Positions 1 through 14,268 of a DNA stretch of 64,000 nucleotides are shown here, one piece after another. Position 1 is the stretch's first letter; each line of letters starts with the position of its first letter. The notes below the pieces were generated by a model, which was given only the letters and a program-made list of their open reading frames with translations, ran no database searches and was not told the DNA's origin. This DNA is from an uncultured delta proteobacterium. Lineage in GTDB: Bacteria > Myxococcota_A > Polyangia > Haliangiales > Haliangiaceae. The stretch lies in the NCBI GenBank assembly GCA_963743525.1, contig CAVUQH010000003.1:192001-256000 (forward strand). The letters run 5' to 3'. Made by a program: the position numbers and the translations under genes.

Positions 1-843
1 CAAACCCTGGAGATGTCGGCGCCGGACGGCCGATTGATCGGTATCGATCGCGATCCGGCGGCGCTCGCCGCGGCGCGAGCAGCGCTCGAGCAAGCGGAGC
101 TGGCCGCGCGGGTCACCCTGGTCCACGCCACCTTCGGAGACATCGGCGAGGTGTTGACCGCGCAGGGCATCGCCGCGGTCAACGGCATCCTGCTCGATCT
201 CGGACTGTCGTCGCACCAGGTCGATACCGCCGAGCGCGGCTTCTCGTTCGGCCGCGGCGGCCCCATCGACATGCGCATGGATCCGACCCGCGGCGAGACC
301 GCGCTGGAGCTGATCGTCCGCCTGCCGCCCGATGACCTCTCTGCGATTCTGCGCGAGTACGGTGAGGAGCGCTACGCCGCGCGCATCTCCCGCGCGATGA
401 AGGAGGCCGCTCGCGCTGGCACGTTGTCGACCACTCTGGATCTGGCCGCCGTCGTCGAGGCCGCCATCCCGGCGCCGGCGCGCCGCCGACAGCGCATTCA
501 CCCGGCGACGCGCACCTTCCAGGCGCTGCGCATCGCGGTCAACCGCGAGCTCGACCAGCTGGCTCATTTCCTCGACGTCTTTCCCGATCTGCTCGCCCCC
601 GGCGGCCGCTGCGTGATCATCAGCTTCCACTCGCTGGAGGACCGGATGGTCAAGCGCCGGTTCCGCGAGCTGGCGTGGTCGTCGTCACTGCCGCCCGACC
701 TGGCCCGCCAGGCCGGCGAGCGGGTGTCACCGATCTGCGCCGTGCTGACCAAGCGTCCGATCACCGCCACCGACGCCGAAGTCAACGAAAACCCGCGCGC
801 CCGCTCGGCCAAGCTCCGGGCCTGCGAAAAGCTGCCCAACTAG
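1..843 (+). CDS. rsmH: 16S rRNA m4C1402 methyltransferase RsmH (5' end outside window)
   Basis: Motifs LDLGLSSHQVD, DMRMD, HPATRTFQALRIAVN, ISFHSLEDR, NPRARSAKLR; head of dcw cluster; frame open back to base 1. Confidence 0.96.
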   Translation, partial: QTLEMSAPDGRLIGIDRDPAALAAARAALEQAELAARVTLVHATFGDIGEVLTAQGIAAVNGILLDLGLSSHQVDTAERGFSFGRGGPIDMRMDPTRGETALELIVRLPPDDLSAILREYGEERYAARISRAMKEAARAGTLSTTLDLAAVVEAAIPAPARRRQRIHPATRTFQALRIAVNRELDQLAHFLDVFPDLLAPGGRCVIISFHSLEDRMVKRRFRELAWSSSLPPDLARQAGERVSPICAVLTKRPITATDAEVNENPRARSAKLRACEKLPN

Positions 844-845
844 CC

Positions 846-1196
846 GTGAAGTCTCCACGTCCATACGCACCCCCGTCGATGAAGGTGGCCGTCGCCGGCA
901 TGATCACGATCGCGGCGGTGGTGATCGCGCTGGCGGTCGGGCACGTGACCCGCCGGCAGGAAGCGATCCGCCTCGGCTACGATCTGTCCGACGCGCTCAC
1001 CGAGCTGCGCCACGCGCAGGAGGAGAATCGCCGCCTTCGCCTGGAGCGATCGGTGCTGACCAGCCCCGATCGGATCAACGGCCTGGCAGCGCAGATGGGC
1101 ATGCACCAGCCGACCGAGGGCCAGGTGCGGATCGTCCGCCCGGACGCCTCCGCGCTGGCCGAGCTGCGAGCGTCGGAGGCGGGATCGGGCCAATGA
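846..1196 (+). CDS. ftsL: Cell division protein FtsL
   Basis: GTG at 846 in the 675..1196 frame; single TM helix then coiled coil (EENRRLRLERSVLTSPDRI); lies between rsmH and ftsI. Confidence 0.85.
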   Translation: MKSPRPYAPPSMKVAVAGMITIAAVVIALAVGHVTRRQEAIRLGYDLSDALTELRHAQEENRRLRLERSVLTSPDRINGLAAQMGMHQPTEGQVRIVRPDASALAELRASEAGSGQ

Positions 1197-3229
1197 GGCG
1201 CCGCGCCGAGAGCGCGCCGGCGCGCCGCCGGGTGCAGGTCGCGGCTCGCAGCCGCTGGGTGCGCGTGCGCATCCACATCGCCGCCGTCGTGCTCGGCCTG
1301 GCGCTGTGCGCCATCGGCTACCAGGCCTACGCCATCCAGATCTCCGACGCCGACCACTACCGCAGGCTCGCCCGCCGCCAGCACATGCGCACGCTCGAGA
1401 TCCCGGCGCCGCGCGGTGTGGTCTACGACACCCGCGGCCGCGAGCTGGCGGTCACGGTCAACACCGACTCGATCTTCGCCAGCCCGCGCCAGGTGCGCGA
1501 CGTCTCGGGCACCGCCGAGGCGCTGGCCGGCGCGCTCGGCCTCGACGTCCGCGAGCTCGAGGCCGATCTCGGCTCGCGCCGCAGCTTCGTCTGGATCGCC
1601 CGCCGCGTGACGCCCGATCAGGCCGACGCGGTCAAAGCCCTGAAACTGCCCGGCATCGAGCTGACCAAGGAGCCGCGCCGCTTCTATCCCAGCCGCTCGG
1701 CGGCGGGCCCGGTGATCGGCTTCGCCAACATCGACGGCCACGGGTTGGAAGGCGTGGAGCGGTCGATGAACGACCTGCTCGAGGGCAAGAAGGGCGAGCT
1801 CGACGCGCTGCGCGACGCCCGCGGCCGGGTCACCCTGGAAGACGGCGATGCCGGCGTGGTTCCCGGCGCCTCGGTCTACCTGACCATCGATCGGTCGATT
1901 CAGTACATCGCCGAGCGCGCGCTGGCCAAGACGATGGAGGAGCACCATCCCCACGCCGCCGTCGCGGTGGTGCTCGAGGTCGGCAGCGGCCGGGTCCTGG
2001 CCATGGCCAGCAACCCGACCTACAATCCCAACCTGCCCGGCTCCGCTCGCGGGGCGCGCAACCGAGTCATTACCGACGTGTTCGAGGTCGGCTCGGTGAT
2101 GAAGGCGTTCACCGTGGCCGGCGCTCTCGACGCCGGGGTCATCCGCCCCGATCAGACCTTCGATATCCAGAACGGGGCGATTCGCGTGGGCCACCACACG
2201 ATTCGCGACTCCCACCACGACAAGGAGCTGTCGGTCGAGGGGATCATCAAGCGGTCGTCCAACGTCGGCGCGATCAAGATCGCCCAGGCGCTGGGCGCGC
2301 CGGCGCTGCACGACGCCCTGGTCCGCTTCCACTTCGCGCAGAAGACCGACATCGAGCTCCCTGGGGAGCGCGGCGGCGTGCTCCGCCCGGCCAAGCGCTG
2401 GACCGAGATCGGCCTGGCAACCGCCGGCTTCGGCATGGGCTTCTCGGTCACGCCGCTGCAGGTGGTCTCGGCCTACGCCGCCATCGGCAACGGCGGCATC
2501 TACCACCGCCCGCGGATCATCCGCGAGGTGCGCGGCGCCGACGGCCAGGAGCTGTATCTGCACCATCCCGAGGGCGAGCGGATCATGTCGGCCAGGACCG
2601 CCGGCGAGGTCCTGCACATGCTCGGCACCGTGTTCGAGAAGGGGCGCAACGGCGGCACCGCCCACAACATCGACGTCCCCGGCTACCGTTGCGGCGGCAA
2701 GACCGGCACCGCGCAGAAGCTCGATCCGGCCACCGGCCGCTACGGCGAGCACATGTACGTCGGCTCGTTCGTCGGCGTGGCGCCGCTGGCCGACCCGCGC
2801 ATCGCCGTGCTGGTGCTGGTCGACCAGCCCGACGCGGACACCGGCTACTACGGCGCCGAGGTGGCAGCGCCGGCCTGGGCGACCATCGTCAGCGAGAGCC
2901 TGCGCTACCTGGGCGTGCCCGAGGATGCGCCGTCGCCCGCCGAGCAGGCCGCGGCGCCGGCGCCGGACAAGGCCGTGGCCGCCGCCGATGACGAGATCGA
3001 CGAGCCGGCCGATGGCATCACCGCCGAGCTCCTCACCAGCGCCATCGACGGCGTCAGCGTTCCCGATTTCCGCGGCCTCGGGGTGGCCCAGGCGATGGAG
3101 CGCGCGGCCCGCAGCGGGCTGCAGCTCGAGGTCGTCGGCTCCGGACGCGCAGTCAGTCAGTCGCCCGATCCCGGCGTGCCGGCCAAGGGTGCGAACTGTC
3201 GAGTGGTATTCGCTCCCGGCTACCGGTAG
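1193..3229 (+). CDS. ftsI: Class B penicillin-binding protein FtsI/PBP3 with C-terminal PASTA-like domain
   Basis: RGVVYD, SxxK (GSVMK), SxN (SSN) and KTGT motifs; C-terminal VPDFRGL PASTA-like segment. Confidence 0.93.
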   Translation: MRRRAESAPARRRVQVAARSRWVRVRIHIAAVVLGLALCAIGYQAYAIQISDADHYRRLARRQHMRTLEIPAPRGVVYDTRGRELAVTVNTDSIFASPRQVRDVSGTAEALAGALGLDVRELEADLGSRRSFVWIARRVTPDQADAVKALKLPGIELTKEPRRFYPSRSAAGPVIGFANIDGHGLEGVERSMNDLLEGKKGELDALRDARGRVTLEDGDAGVVPGASVYLTIDRSIQYIAERALAKTMEEHHPHAAVAVVLEVGSGRVLAMASNPTYNPNLPGSARGARNRVITDVFEVGSVMKAFTVAGALDAGVIRPDQTFDIQNGAIRVGHHTIRDSHHDKELSVEGIIKRSSNVGAIKIAQALGAPALHDALVRFHFAQKTDIELPGERGGVLRPAKRWTEIGLATAGFGMGFSVTPLQVVSAYAAIGNGGIYHRPRIIREVRGADGQELYLHHPEGERIMSARTAGEVLHMLGTVFEKGRNGGTAHNIDVPGYRCGGKTGTAQKLDPATGRYGEHMYVGSFVGVAPLADPRIAVLVLVDQPDADTGYYGAEVAAPAWATIVSESLRYLGVPEDAPSPAEQAAAPAPDKAVAAADDEIDEPADGITAELLTSAIDGVSVPDFRGLGVAQAMERAARSGLQLEVVGSGRAVSQSPDPGVPAKGANCRVVFAPGYR

Positions 3230-3276
3230 GGCTTGTTTCGCGGCATGAAATCGGTGAGGTTCCGCGTTCTTCAGTC

Positions 3277-6133
3277 ATGAGGCTGTCCGAGCTCGCAGCG
3301 CTGCTTCCCGCGGCCCGGATCGTCGGCGACGGCGACCCGGAGGTGACCTCCGTGGTCAACGACTCGCGCGAGGCCGGCGAGGGCGCGCTGTTCGTCGCCA
3401 TCCCGCGCAGCGCCGACGGCCACCGCTTCGTCGCCGGCGCGGTCGAGCGCGGCGCCGTCGCCGTGGTCGCCCAGCACGAGGTCGACGCCGACGTGCCGCA
3501 GGTGATCGTCGCCGACAGCGCCGAGGCGTTCGGCGTGCTGGTGTCGCGGATGGCCGGCGACCCGGCCCACCGGCTGCAGCTGGTCGGCATCACCGGAACC
3601 AACGGCAAGACCACCATCACCTTCCTGCTCGAGGCGATCCTCCAGGCGGCGGGCGCGGCGCCCGGCGTGCTGGGCACCGTCAGCTACCGCTTCGGCGGGC
3701 GCACCGTCGACGCGCCGTACACCACGCCGACGCCGGGCATCCTCCACCGGACCTTTGCTGCCATGACCGATGCCGGCTGCAGCCACGCGGTCATGGAGGT
3801 GTCGAGCGCGGCGCTGGCGATGGACCGGATGGCCGGGCTGCGCTTTGGCGTGGGCGCGTTCACCAACCTGACCCAGGACCACCTCGACGTCCACGGCGAC
3901 ATGGACACCTACCGCGCGGCCAAGGCGCGGCTGTTCGCCGACTACCTGGCCGACGATGGCGTCGCGGTGATCAACGCCGACGATCCGGCGGCGCCGCACA
4001 TGATCGCCGCGGCCGGCGAGCACCGGGTGCTGCGGGTCAGCATCCGCGCCGACGTCAACGCCGAGATCCGCGTGACCCGCGCCGACTCCAGCGTCAACGG
4101 CATCACCGCCACCATCGACACGCCGACCGGGCCGATCGAGATCACCTCGCGCGCGCTGCTCGGCGGCTACAACATCAGCAACATCGCCGTCGCCGTCGGC
4201 GTGGCCGAGGCGCTGGGCCTGGACCACGACGCCATCGCCCGCGGCATCGACACCATGCCCGGGGTCCCGGGTCGGGTCGAGCGGGTGGTCAACGGCGCCG
4301 GCCTCGACATCCTGGTCGACTACGCCCACACGCCCGATGCGCTGCGCAACGTCCTCGGCGCGCTGCGCCCGCTCACCCGCGGCCGGCTGATCTGCGTGTT
4401 CGGCTGCGGCGGTGACCGCGATCCGACCAAGCGGCCGATCATGGGCGCTGCCGTGGCCGAGCTGGCCGACCTGGCGGTGGTCACCTCGGACAACCCGCGC
4501 ACCGAGGACCCACAGGCGATCATCGACATGATCCTGCCGGCGGTGCCCGACCCGTTCTTCGTCGATGCCGACCGGCGGGTCGCCATCCGCGCGGCGGTGG
4601 CCGAGGCGGTGCCGGGCGACATCGTCGTCATCGCCGGCAAGGGCCACGAGGATTACCAGATCGTCGCCACCGACACGGGCACCCACAAGATCCACTTCGA
4701 CGACCGCGAAGAGGCGGCGGCCGCCGTGTCCGCGCGGTGGACGCTCACGACCGGCGAGATCATCGAGGCCACCGGCGGTCGGCTCGTCGCCGGCAGCGAC
4801 CGGATGACGTTTGCCCGCGCGATCATCGACGGCCGCGCCGCCGCCCCCGGCGATCTGTACGTGGCGATCCGCGGCGAGACCCACGACGGTCACGCCTTTT
4901 GCGCCCAGGCCGCCGAGGCCGGTGCCACCGGGCTGCTCATCGACCACACCGCCGATCTGACCGCGCTGCCGGCGGGAGTCACGGTCATCCAGGTCGCCGA
5001 CACCCGCGTCGCCCTCGGTCAGGTCGCGCGCATCATCAGCAGGCGCTGGGGCTTGGCCGATCCCGAGGCGGCGGTTGGTGGCGATCACCGGCTCGGCCGG
5101 CAAGACCACGACCAAAGAGCTGCTCCGCGCCGCGCTGTCGGCGGCCGGGCGGGTCCACGCGTCGGTCGGCTCGCTCAACAACGAGACCGGCGTGCCGCTG
5201 ACGTTGCTCGGCCTGCGCGACTATCACGACTACGCCGTGGTCGAGATGGGCATGCGCGGGCTGGGGCAGATCGCCTATCTGGTCAACATCGCCGAGCCGC
5301 ACGTCGGCGTGGTGGTCAACGCCGGCACCGCCCACGTCGGCGTGGTCGGCAGCATCGAGGCGATCGCCCGCGGCAAATCCGAGATCTTCGCCGCGTTGCC
5401 CGGCTACGGCTGCGCCATCTTCCCGGCCGGCGATCCGCGGCTTGCGGCCCACGCGGCCGGCGCGCCGCGGCGGCTGACCTTCGGCGAGGAAGAGGACGCC
5501 GACGTCCGCCTGGTCTCCTACCGGCCGGCCGGCGCCGGCGGCGCGGACGTGGTTCTTCGCGTGGATGGCCGCGACCTCGCCGCCCGCGTGCCGCTGCCGG
5601 GCAAGCACAACGCGGTCAACGCCGCCTGCGCTCTGGCCGCGGCCATCGCCGTCGGCGTCGATGCCGAGGTGGCCGCTCGCGGCCTGGCCGGCGCCCGCGC
5701 CGCCGACATGCGCGGCCAGGTGCGGGTCATCGGCGGGCGCAATGTCCTGGTCGACTGCTACAACGCCAATCCAGCATCGATGCGCGCCGCCCTCGATACC
5801 TTGCGTGAGCTCGCCGGCCAGCGGCCGGCGGTGGCCGTGCTCGGCGACATGCTCGAGCTGGGCGACGATGCTCCCGCGGCCCACCGCGAGGCCGGCGCCC
5901 AGGCGGCCGCTCGCGATGCCCACGTGATCGCGCTGGGCGAGCATGCCGGCGCGCTGGCCGACGGCGCCCGCGCGGCCGGCGGCAGCGCCGAGGTCGCCGG
6001 CGATCCGGCAGCGGCGGCCGCGGCGGTCCGCCAACGGAGCGGCGCCGGTGACTGGGTGCTGGTCAAAGCGTCGCGCGGCATGCGGCTCGAGCGCGTGGTC
6101 GACGCCCTGGCGGAGGAAGTCGGCCAACAATGA
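3277..6133 (+). CDS. murE/murF: Fused MurE-MurF ligase, one frameshift at ~5062 (probably a sequencing error)
   Basis: MurE motifs GTNGKTT, FTNLTQDHLD, DYAHTPD, SDNPR, AGKGHE run without a stop into a MurF N-terminal domain (LYVAIRGETHDGH). Removing one C from ATCCCG at 5060-5065 gives ADPRRRLVAITGSAGKTTT and the rest of MurF (DCYNANP, VLGDMLELG, VKASRG). Confidence 0.9.
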
Positions 6134-6155
6134 CGCATTGAAAATGCGTCATTGT
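6127..6155. promoter_or_regulatory. Perfect 13-bp inverted repeat over the murF stop codon
   Basis: ACAATGACGCATT-GAA-AATGCGTCATTGT; AT-rich, no U-tract. Confidence 0.55.
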
Positions 6156-6198
6156 GAGAAGCAACAATGTTACGGAACAAGCGCATACGCGGGGAGAT

Positions 6199-6248
6199 GA
6201 GCCGATTTTCGTCCGCCCTCACCCACGACGGGCGGCGAGAATCGGCTC
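6199..6248. promoter_or_regulatory. Long stem-loop upstream of mraY
   Basis: GAGCCGATTTTCG (6199-6211) pairs with CGAGAATCGGCTC (6236-6248, one G-U pair); inner CCGCCC/GGGCGG stem. Confidence 0.5.
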
Positions 6249-6270
6249 TCGCGCCAGGCGGTGGTGACTA

Positions 6271-7407
<1,137 letters not shown>

Positions 7408-7425
7408 GCTTTGGACGGAGTCGCG

Positions 7426-7827
7426 ATGGACAAGCCCAAGCCCAAGCTCACGGTCGATCAGTGCATGTCGCCCAGTCCCTACACCATCGAGTGTGGGGCC
7501 AGCCTGGCCGAGGCCCAGGCGGTGATGGAGAAGCACAAGATCCGTCACCTGCCGGTGATGGACGGCGGCAAGCTGGTCGGCCTGCTGTCGATGCGCGACG
7601 TCCACGTGCTGCAGGCGCTGGAGAACGTCGACCCGTATGCGGTGACCGTGGGCAAGGCCGCGCAGGAGAGCATCTACACCGTGCAGGTCGGCACCGACCT
7701 GCGCGAGGTGGCGGCCAACATGGGCGGCTACAAGTACGGCTCGGCGGTGGTCCTCGACGGTGCCAAGGTGGTCGGCATCATCACCACCGTCAACGCCATG
7801 CGCGTGTTGATCAACCTGCTCGGCTGA
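7426..7827 (+). CDS. CBS-domain (Bateman pair) protein
   Basis: MEKHKIRHLPV..GKLVGLLS and AVVLDGAKVVGIIT; GGAG just before the ATG at 7426. Confidence 0.88.
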   Translation: MDKPKPKLTVDQCMSPSPYTIECGASLAEAQAVMEKHKIRHLPVMDGGKLVGLLSMRDVHVLQALENVDPYAVTVGKAAQESIYTVQVGTDLREVAANMGGYKYGSAVVLDGAKVVGIITTVNAMRVLINLLG

Positions 7828-10800
7828 CCACGGGCGCGAAGATGCGCGCCAGCCGCTCGGGCTGGGCCAACCCCTCGTCGCGGATCATGTCGAGGGCAGC
7901 GTCGCGCAGCGCCGCGCCCTCGTCGCCACCGAGCAGCTGTCCCCGCGACCAGCGGGCGGCGGCGGCGTGGAGCCCCAGGCCGGCGTCGTCCGAGACCCGC
8001 TCCGAGTCGGCGAAGCGGGCCAGCGCGCGCTCGTCGTCGCCGTCGATCACCGCCAGCCCGGCCTCGATGGCGTGGGCCATGGCCCGGGCGTAGTCGACCT
8101 TCTGCTTCTTCAGCACGCGGATCGACTTGCGCACGCAGCGGAGCATCGCCGGCTCGCGCGCCACGACGTAGGCGCCCAGGGCCGCCCGCCCGCGCGCAGC
8201 CCACGACATCACCCGCAGGAGCTGCACCCACAACAGCCTGGAGCGCTCGAGCGCGGGCCACTCCTCCTCGCAGCGCCGGTACGCGCCGACGTCGTCGCCG
8301 CGGTACATGTCGATGTAGACCCGCGCGGCCAGCGCGTTGCAGTGGGGCAGGTGGAAGCCCTCCTGCGGCCAGTGCGCCATGGCGTCGTTGACCTCGGCCA
8401 TGGCGGCGTCGGGATCGTCGCGCAACAGCGGCAGGTAGACACCCAGCGCGGCGCGCATGCTGGTCGACAGGAACAGGTCGCCGCGGTCGTGGGCCTCGGT
8501 GACCAGGCGCGGGTAGCCCCGAACCATCTCGCGCACCCGCCCGGCCAGCGCCATGGCGTAGCCCTGGTAGAGCTGCGCGGTGCCGATCTCGAAGCGCATG
8601 CCGACGCACTCCTCGCGCAGGATCTCCTCGCCCTTGCGGCAGTCGTCGAGACACGCCTGCCACGCGCCGAAGTTGAAGGCGGCGATGCCGCGGATGCCGA
8701 TGGCGATGGCGCGCGCCTGCGGCGTGCCCAGCCGCTCGGTCAGCTCCGCGAGCCTGACGCGGATCTGCTCCACGTGGCGCCGGTTGGGCACGCCGGCCAG
8801 CGACAGGAACACGGCCTCGGAGGCGACGGCGCGGTGCACCCGCTCGAGCTCGCCGCACTTGAGCGCCAGCAGCACCGACCGGTTGTGGAAATCGGCGCCG
8901 CGGATGGTGTCGGAGACCGCCAGCCCCTCGGCCACGGCGAAGGCGGCGTCGATCCGCATCAGCTGCGAGGCCGGCACCTCGCGCGCCTCGCGCTCGCGGA
9001 AGCGCAGGCCGCGCAGCGACAGCCGCAGCCGGCTCCAGACCAGCGCCGCCACCGCCCGCCGCGGCGAGGTGGCCAGGCGCATGCCGACCGAGCCGATGAT
9101 GTCCTCCAGGCGGCTCAACCCCTCGGCCACGTGGCCGCTGTACAGCAGCTGCTTGGCCGCGCGGCAGCGCAGATCCAGCGCCTCGGCCGTCGACGCCCCG
9201 GAGATTGCCGACTCGTAGGCGGCGGCCGCCTCGGCCCCGCGGCCGACGTTGGTCAGGGCGTCGCCCAGGGCGATGCGCGCCTCGCGCCCGGCGATCTCGG
9301 GCGCCAGCTCGAGGGCGATGCGGTAGAGCTCGGCGGCGCGATCGAAGGCCAGCGACTCCATCGCCCGGCGGGCGGCGGCCAGGGCGTGCTCGGCGGCGTG
9401 GGTATGCTCGCCGGCGCCGGCGAAGTGGGTGACCAGCGCTTCGGGATCGGGGTGCGGGCCGGCCTCGATCAGCCGGGCCAGGCGGGCGTGGATGTCGCGC
9501 ACCTCGACCTCGTCGAGCAGGGAGACCGCGCTGTCGCGGATACGGTCGTGGTAGGCCTCGACCGAGCGCACCCCGCTGATCGAGCGCGGCTGGATGAAGC
9601 TGCCGGCCTTGAGCAGCGACAGCATCGACGGGTCGGCCACGCCCGCGGCGCGCATGGCGACCATCTGCGCGATCGGCCGGGCGGCCACGGCGATCACCGA
9701 CAACAGGCGCGCGGCCGGGTCGGGCAGGGCGACCAGGCGCGAGCGCAGCGCCTCGTGGAGCGATACCCCCGCCCCCGGTCGCGCCTCGCGCACGTGGCGG
9801 GCCAGCTCCTCGACGAAGAACGGGTTGCCCTGCGACTCATCGGCGATGCGCGCCGCCTCGGCGTCGTCGGCGCGGTCGCCCAGGTGCAGGCGGGCCAGCT
9901 CGCGGGCCGCCCTGGCGTTCAGTCGATCCACATCGAGGGCGCGCTGGTCGACCGTCGAGCCGCGCAGCTCCTCGGTCAGGCGGGCGCGGAAGGCGTCGGC
10001 GCCGCCGGCCTCGCGGGCGCAGATGAGCAGGAGGATCGGCGGGGCGTCGGCGCCGCGCACCAGCGAGGCCAGCAGGTCGGCGCTGTCGGTGTCGCCCCAC
10101 TGCGCGTCGTCGATCGCCAGCACCACCGGCGTTCGATCCGACAGCCGGGTGAACAATTCCCGCAGGGCGGCGAAGGCCGAGCGGCGCAGCTCCTGCGGGT
10201 CGGCCGCGACCAGCGAGCGCCGCCGCCGCGAGGTCAGGGCGTCGACCTGGCGCAGCGCGGGAAAGACCCGCGCGAGGGCGGCGGCGTCGCGGGGCATCAG
10301 CCCCTCGACGTCGAGCGGCTCCAGCTCGACCAGGTAGCGGGCCAGCTCGTCGATGGAGCTGTCAACCGCCTTGAACGGCATCGACTCCCGTTCGTAGCAG
10401 CGGCCGCGAAGCACCAGCACCGACGGAAAGCGATCCATCTGCTCGAGAAAGGCGCCGAGCAGGCGGGTCTTGCCCATGCCCGAGGGTCCGCGCAGGTGGG
10501 CGACGACCGCGTGGCCCTCGCGCGCCGACCGCCAGGCTTCCTCGAGGAAGTGCAGCTCGCGCTCGCGACCGACCAGCGCGTGCTGCTCGCCGGGGCCGGA
10601 GCTGAAGGTGACCGTTTGCGGGCGGGCATAGCGGGCGTCGCTGCCCAGGCGGCGCAGCACCTCGGCCACCGCCGGGCGCCTGGCCGGGTCGCGGCGGAGC
10701 AGATCGACGCACAGGGCGCTCAGGTCTTCGGGCACGCCGGCGGCGATCTCGTGGGGCGGCGGCGGCTCGAAGCGCTGCTTGTCCATCAGCACGTCGTCGC

Positions 10801-11542
10801 GGCCGCCGACGAACGGGCGCCGGCCGGTGAGGGCCAGGTAGAGCATGACGCCCATCGAGTACCAGTCGCTGGCCGGCCCCAGACGCAGCCGCGCTCCCTG
10901 CTCGGGGGACATGTACATCGCCGTGCCCTCCAGCGGGCGCTGCTCGGGGGGCAGGAAGCTCTCGACGTCGACCGCGGTGACCAGGCCGAAGTCGAGCAGG
11001 ACCACCCGCCCGGCCGGGGTCACCATGACGTTGGACGGCTTGAGGTCGCGGTGGAGCATGCCGGCCTCGTGGATCGCGGCCACCCCTTCGGCCAGCTGGC
11101 GCAGGGCTACGCGCAGGCGGCGCACGTCGAGCTCGCCCACTGGCCGGGACGGCAACACCGGCGCCCGGGTTCGCTCGGTCTGCTCGCCCAGTACCCGGGT
11201 GCTCTCGGTCGCGGTCTCGGTGGAAGGGGCGTCCTCGCCGTCCTCGCGCGGGCGGACCCAGGCGTCGAAGTGAACGCCGTCCACCAGCTCCATGGTGTAG
11301 AAGAGCCGCTCGCCGTCGACGACCAGCTCGTACAGGGCCACCAGGTTGGGGTGGATGACGTCGGCCAGGCCGCGGAACTCGCGCTTGAAGCGGGCGATGG
11401 CGGTGGCGCTGGCTCGCTGCAGGGTCTTGAGCGCGACCATGGTTCCGCGCTCGTGGTCCCGCGCCCGGTAGACCACACCCATACCGCCGCTGCCGAGCTC
11501 CCCCAGTAGCTCGTAGCGGTCCCCGGATTTCGGCTCGAGCAC
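7811..11542 (-). CDS. Hanks-type Ser/Thr kinase fused to P-loop ATPase and helical C-terminal region
   Basis: LGSGGMGVV, VALK, HRDLKPSN, DFG, GTAMYMSPEQ; then LVGRERE, Walker A GPSGMGKT, IDDAQWGD, GNPFFVEE. Start placed at GTG 11542 because the longer ORF-track N-terminus is antisense to murD. Confidence 0.9.
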   Translation of the reverse strand: MLEPKSGDRYELLGELGSGGMGVVYRARDHERGTMVALKTLQRASATAIARFKREFRGLADVIHPNLVALYELVVDGERLFYTMELVDGVHFDAWVRPREDGEDAPSTETATESTRVLGEQTERTRAPVLPSRPVGELDVRRLRVALRQLAEGVAAIHEAGMLHRDLKPSNVMVTPAGRVVLLDFGLVTAVDVESFLPPEQRPLEGTAMYMSPEQGARLRLGPASDWYSMGVMLYLALTGRRPFVGGRDDVLMDKQRFEPPPPHEIAAGVPEDLSALCVDLLRRDPARRPAVAEVLRRLGSDARYARPQTVTFSSGPGEQHALVGRERELHFLEEAWRSAREGHAVVAHLRGPSGMGKTRLLGAFLEQMDRFPSVLVLRGRCYERESMPFKAVDSSIDELARYLVELEPLDVEGLMPRDAAALARVFPALRQVDALTSRRRRSLVAADPQELRRSAFAALRELFTRLSDRTPVVLAIDDAQWGDTDSADLLASLVRGADAPPILLLICAREAGGADAFRARLTEELRGSTVDQRALDVDRLNARAARELARLHLGDRADDAEAARIADESQGNPFFVEELARHVREARPGAGVSLHEALRSRLVALPDPAARLLSVIAVAARPIAQMVAMRAAGVADPSMLSLLKAGSFIQPRSISGVRSVEAYHDRIRDSAVSLLDEVEVRDIHARLARLIEAGPHPDPEALVTHFAGAGEHTHAAEHALAAARRAMESLAFDRAAELYRIALELAPEIAGREARIALGDALTNVGRGAEAAAAYESAISGASTAEALDLRCRAAKQLLYSGHVAEGLSRLEDIIGSVGMRLATSPRRAVAALVWSRLRLSLRGLRFREREAREVPASQLMRIDAAFAVAEGLAVSDTIRGADFHNRSVLLALKCGELERVHRAVASEAVFLSLAGVPNRRHVEQIRVRLAELTERLGTPQARAIAIGIRGIAAFNFGAWQACLDDCRKGEEILREECVGMRFEIGTAQLYQGYAMALAGRVREMVRGYPRLVTEAHDRGDLFLSTSMRAALGVYLPLLRDDPDAAMAEVNDAMAHWPQEGFHLPHCNALAARVYIDMYRGDDVGAYRRCEEEWPALERSRLLWVQLLRVMSWAARGRAALGAYVVAREPAMLRCVRKSIRVLKKQKVDYARAMAHAIEAGLAVIDGDDERALARFADSERVSDDAGLGLHAAAARWSRGQLLGGDEGAALRDAALDMIRDEGLAQPERLARIFAPVVSRAG

Positions 11543-11632
11543 GGCCTGCGATGGTACCGCGCCGGGGCTCGCCGTAGAAGCGGCCGTTTTCTGGCCCGGA
11601 ATGCCGGCCTGGATAGAATCGTTCGAATCAGC

Positions 11633-14258
<2,626 letters not shown>

Positions 14259-14268
<10 letters not shown>

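Noticed and set aside
5076..5808. Arg-rich C-terminal tail of the 843-aa MurE ORF
   Set aside because: Out-of-frame reading of murF after the extra C.
7967..11509. Long antisense or alternate-frame ORFs (also 20305-22971, 29031-31106, 37161-39650, 37349-40069, 62590-63783)
   Set aside because: Typical stop-poor shadow frames of high-GC genes; no domain motifs, and they overlap well-supported genes.
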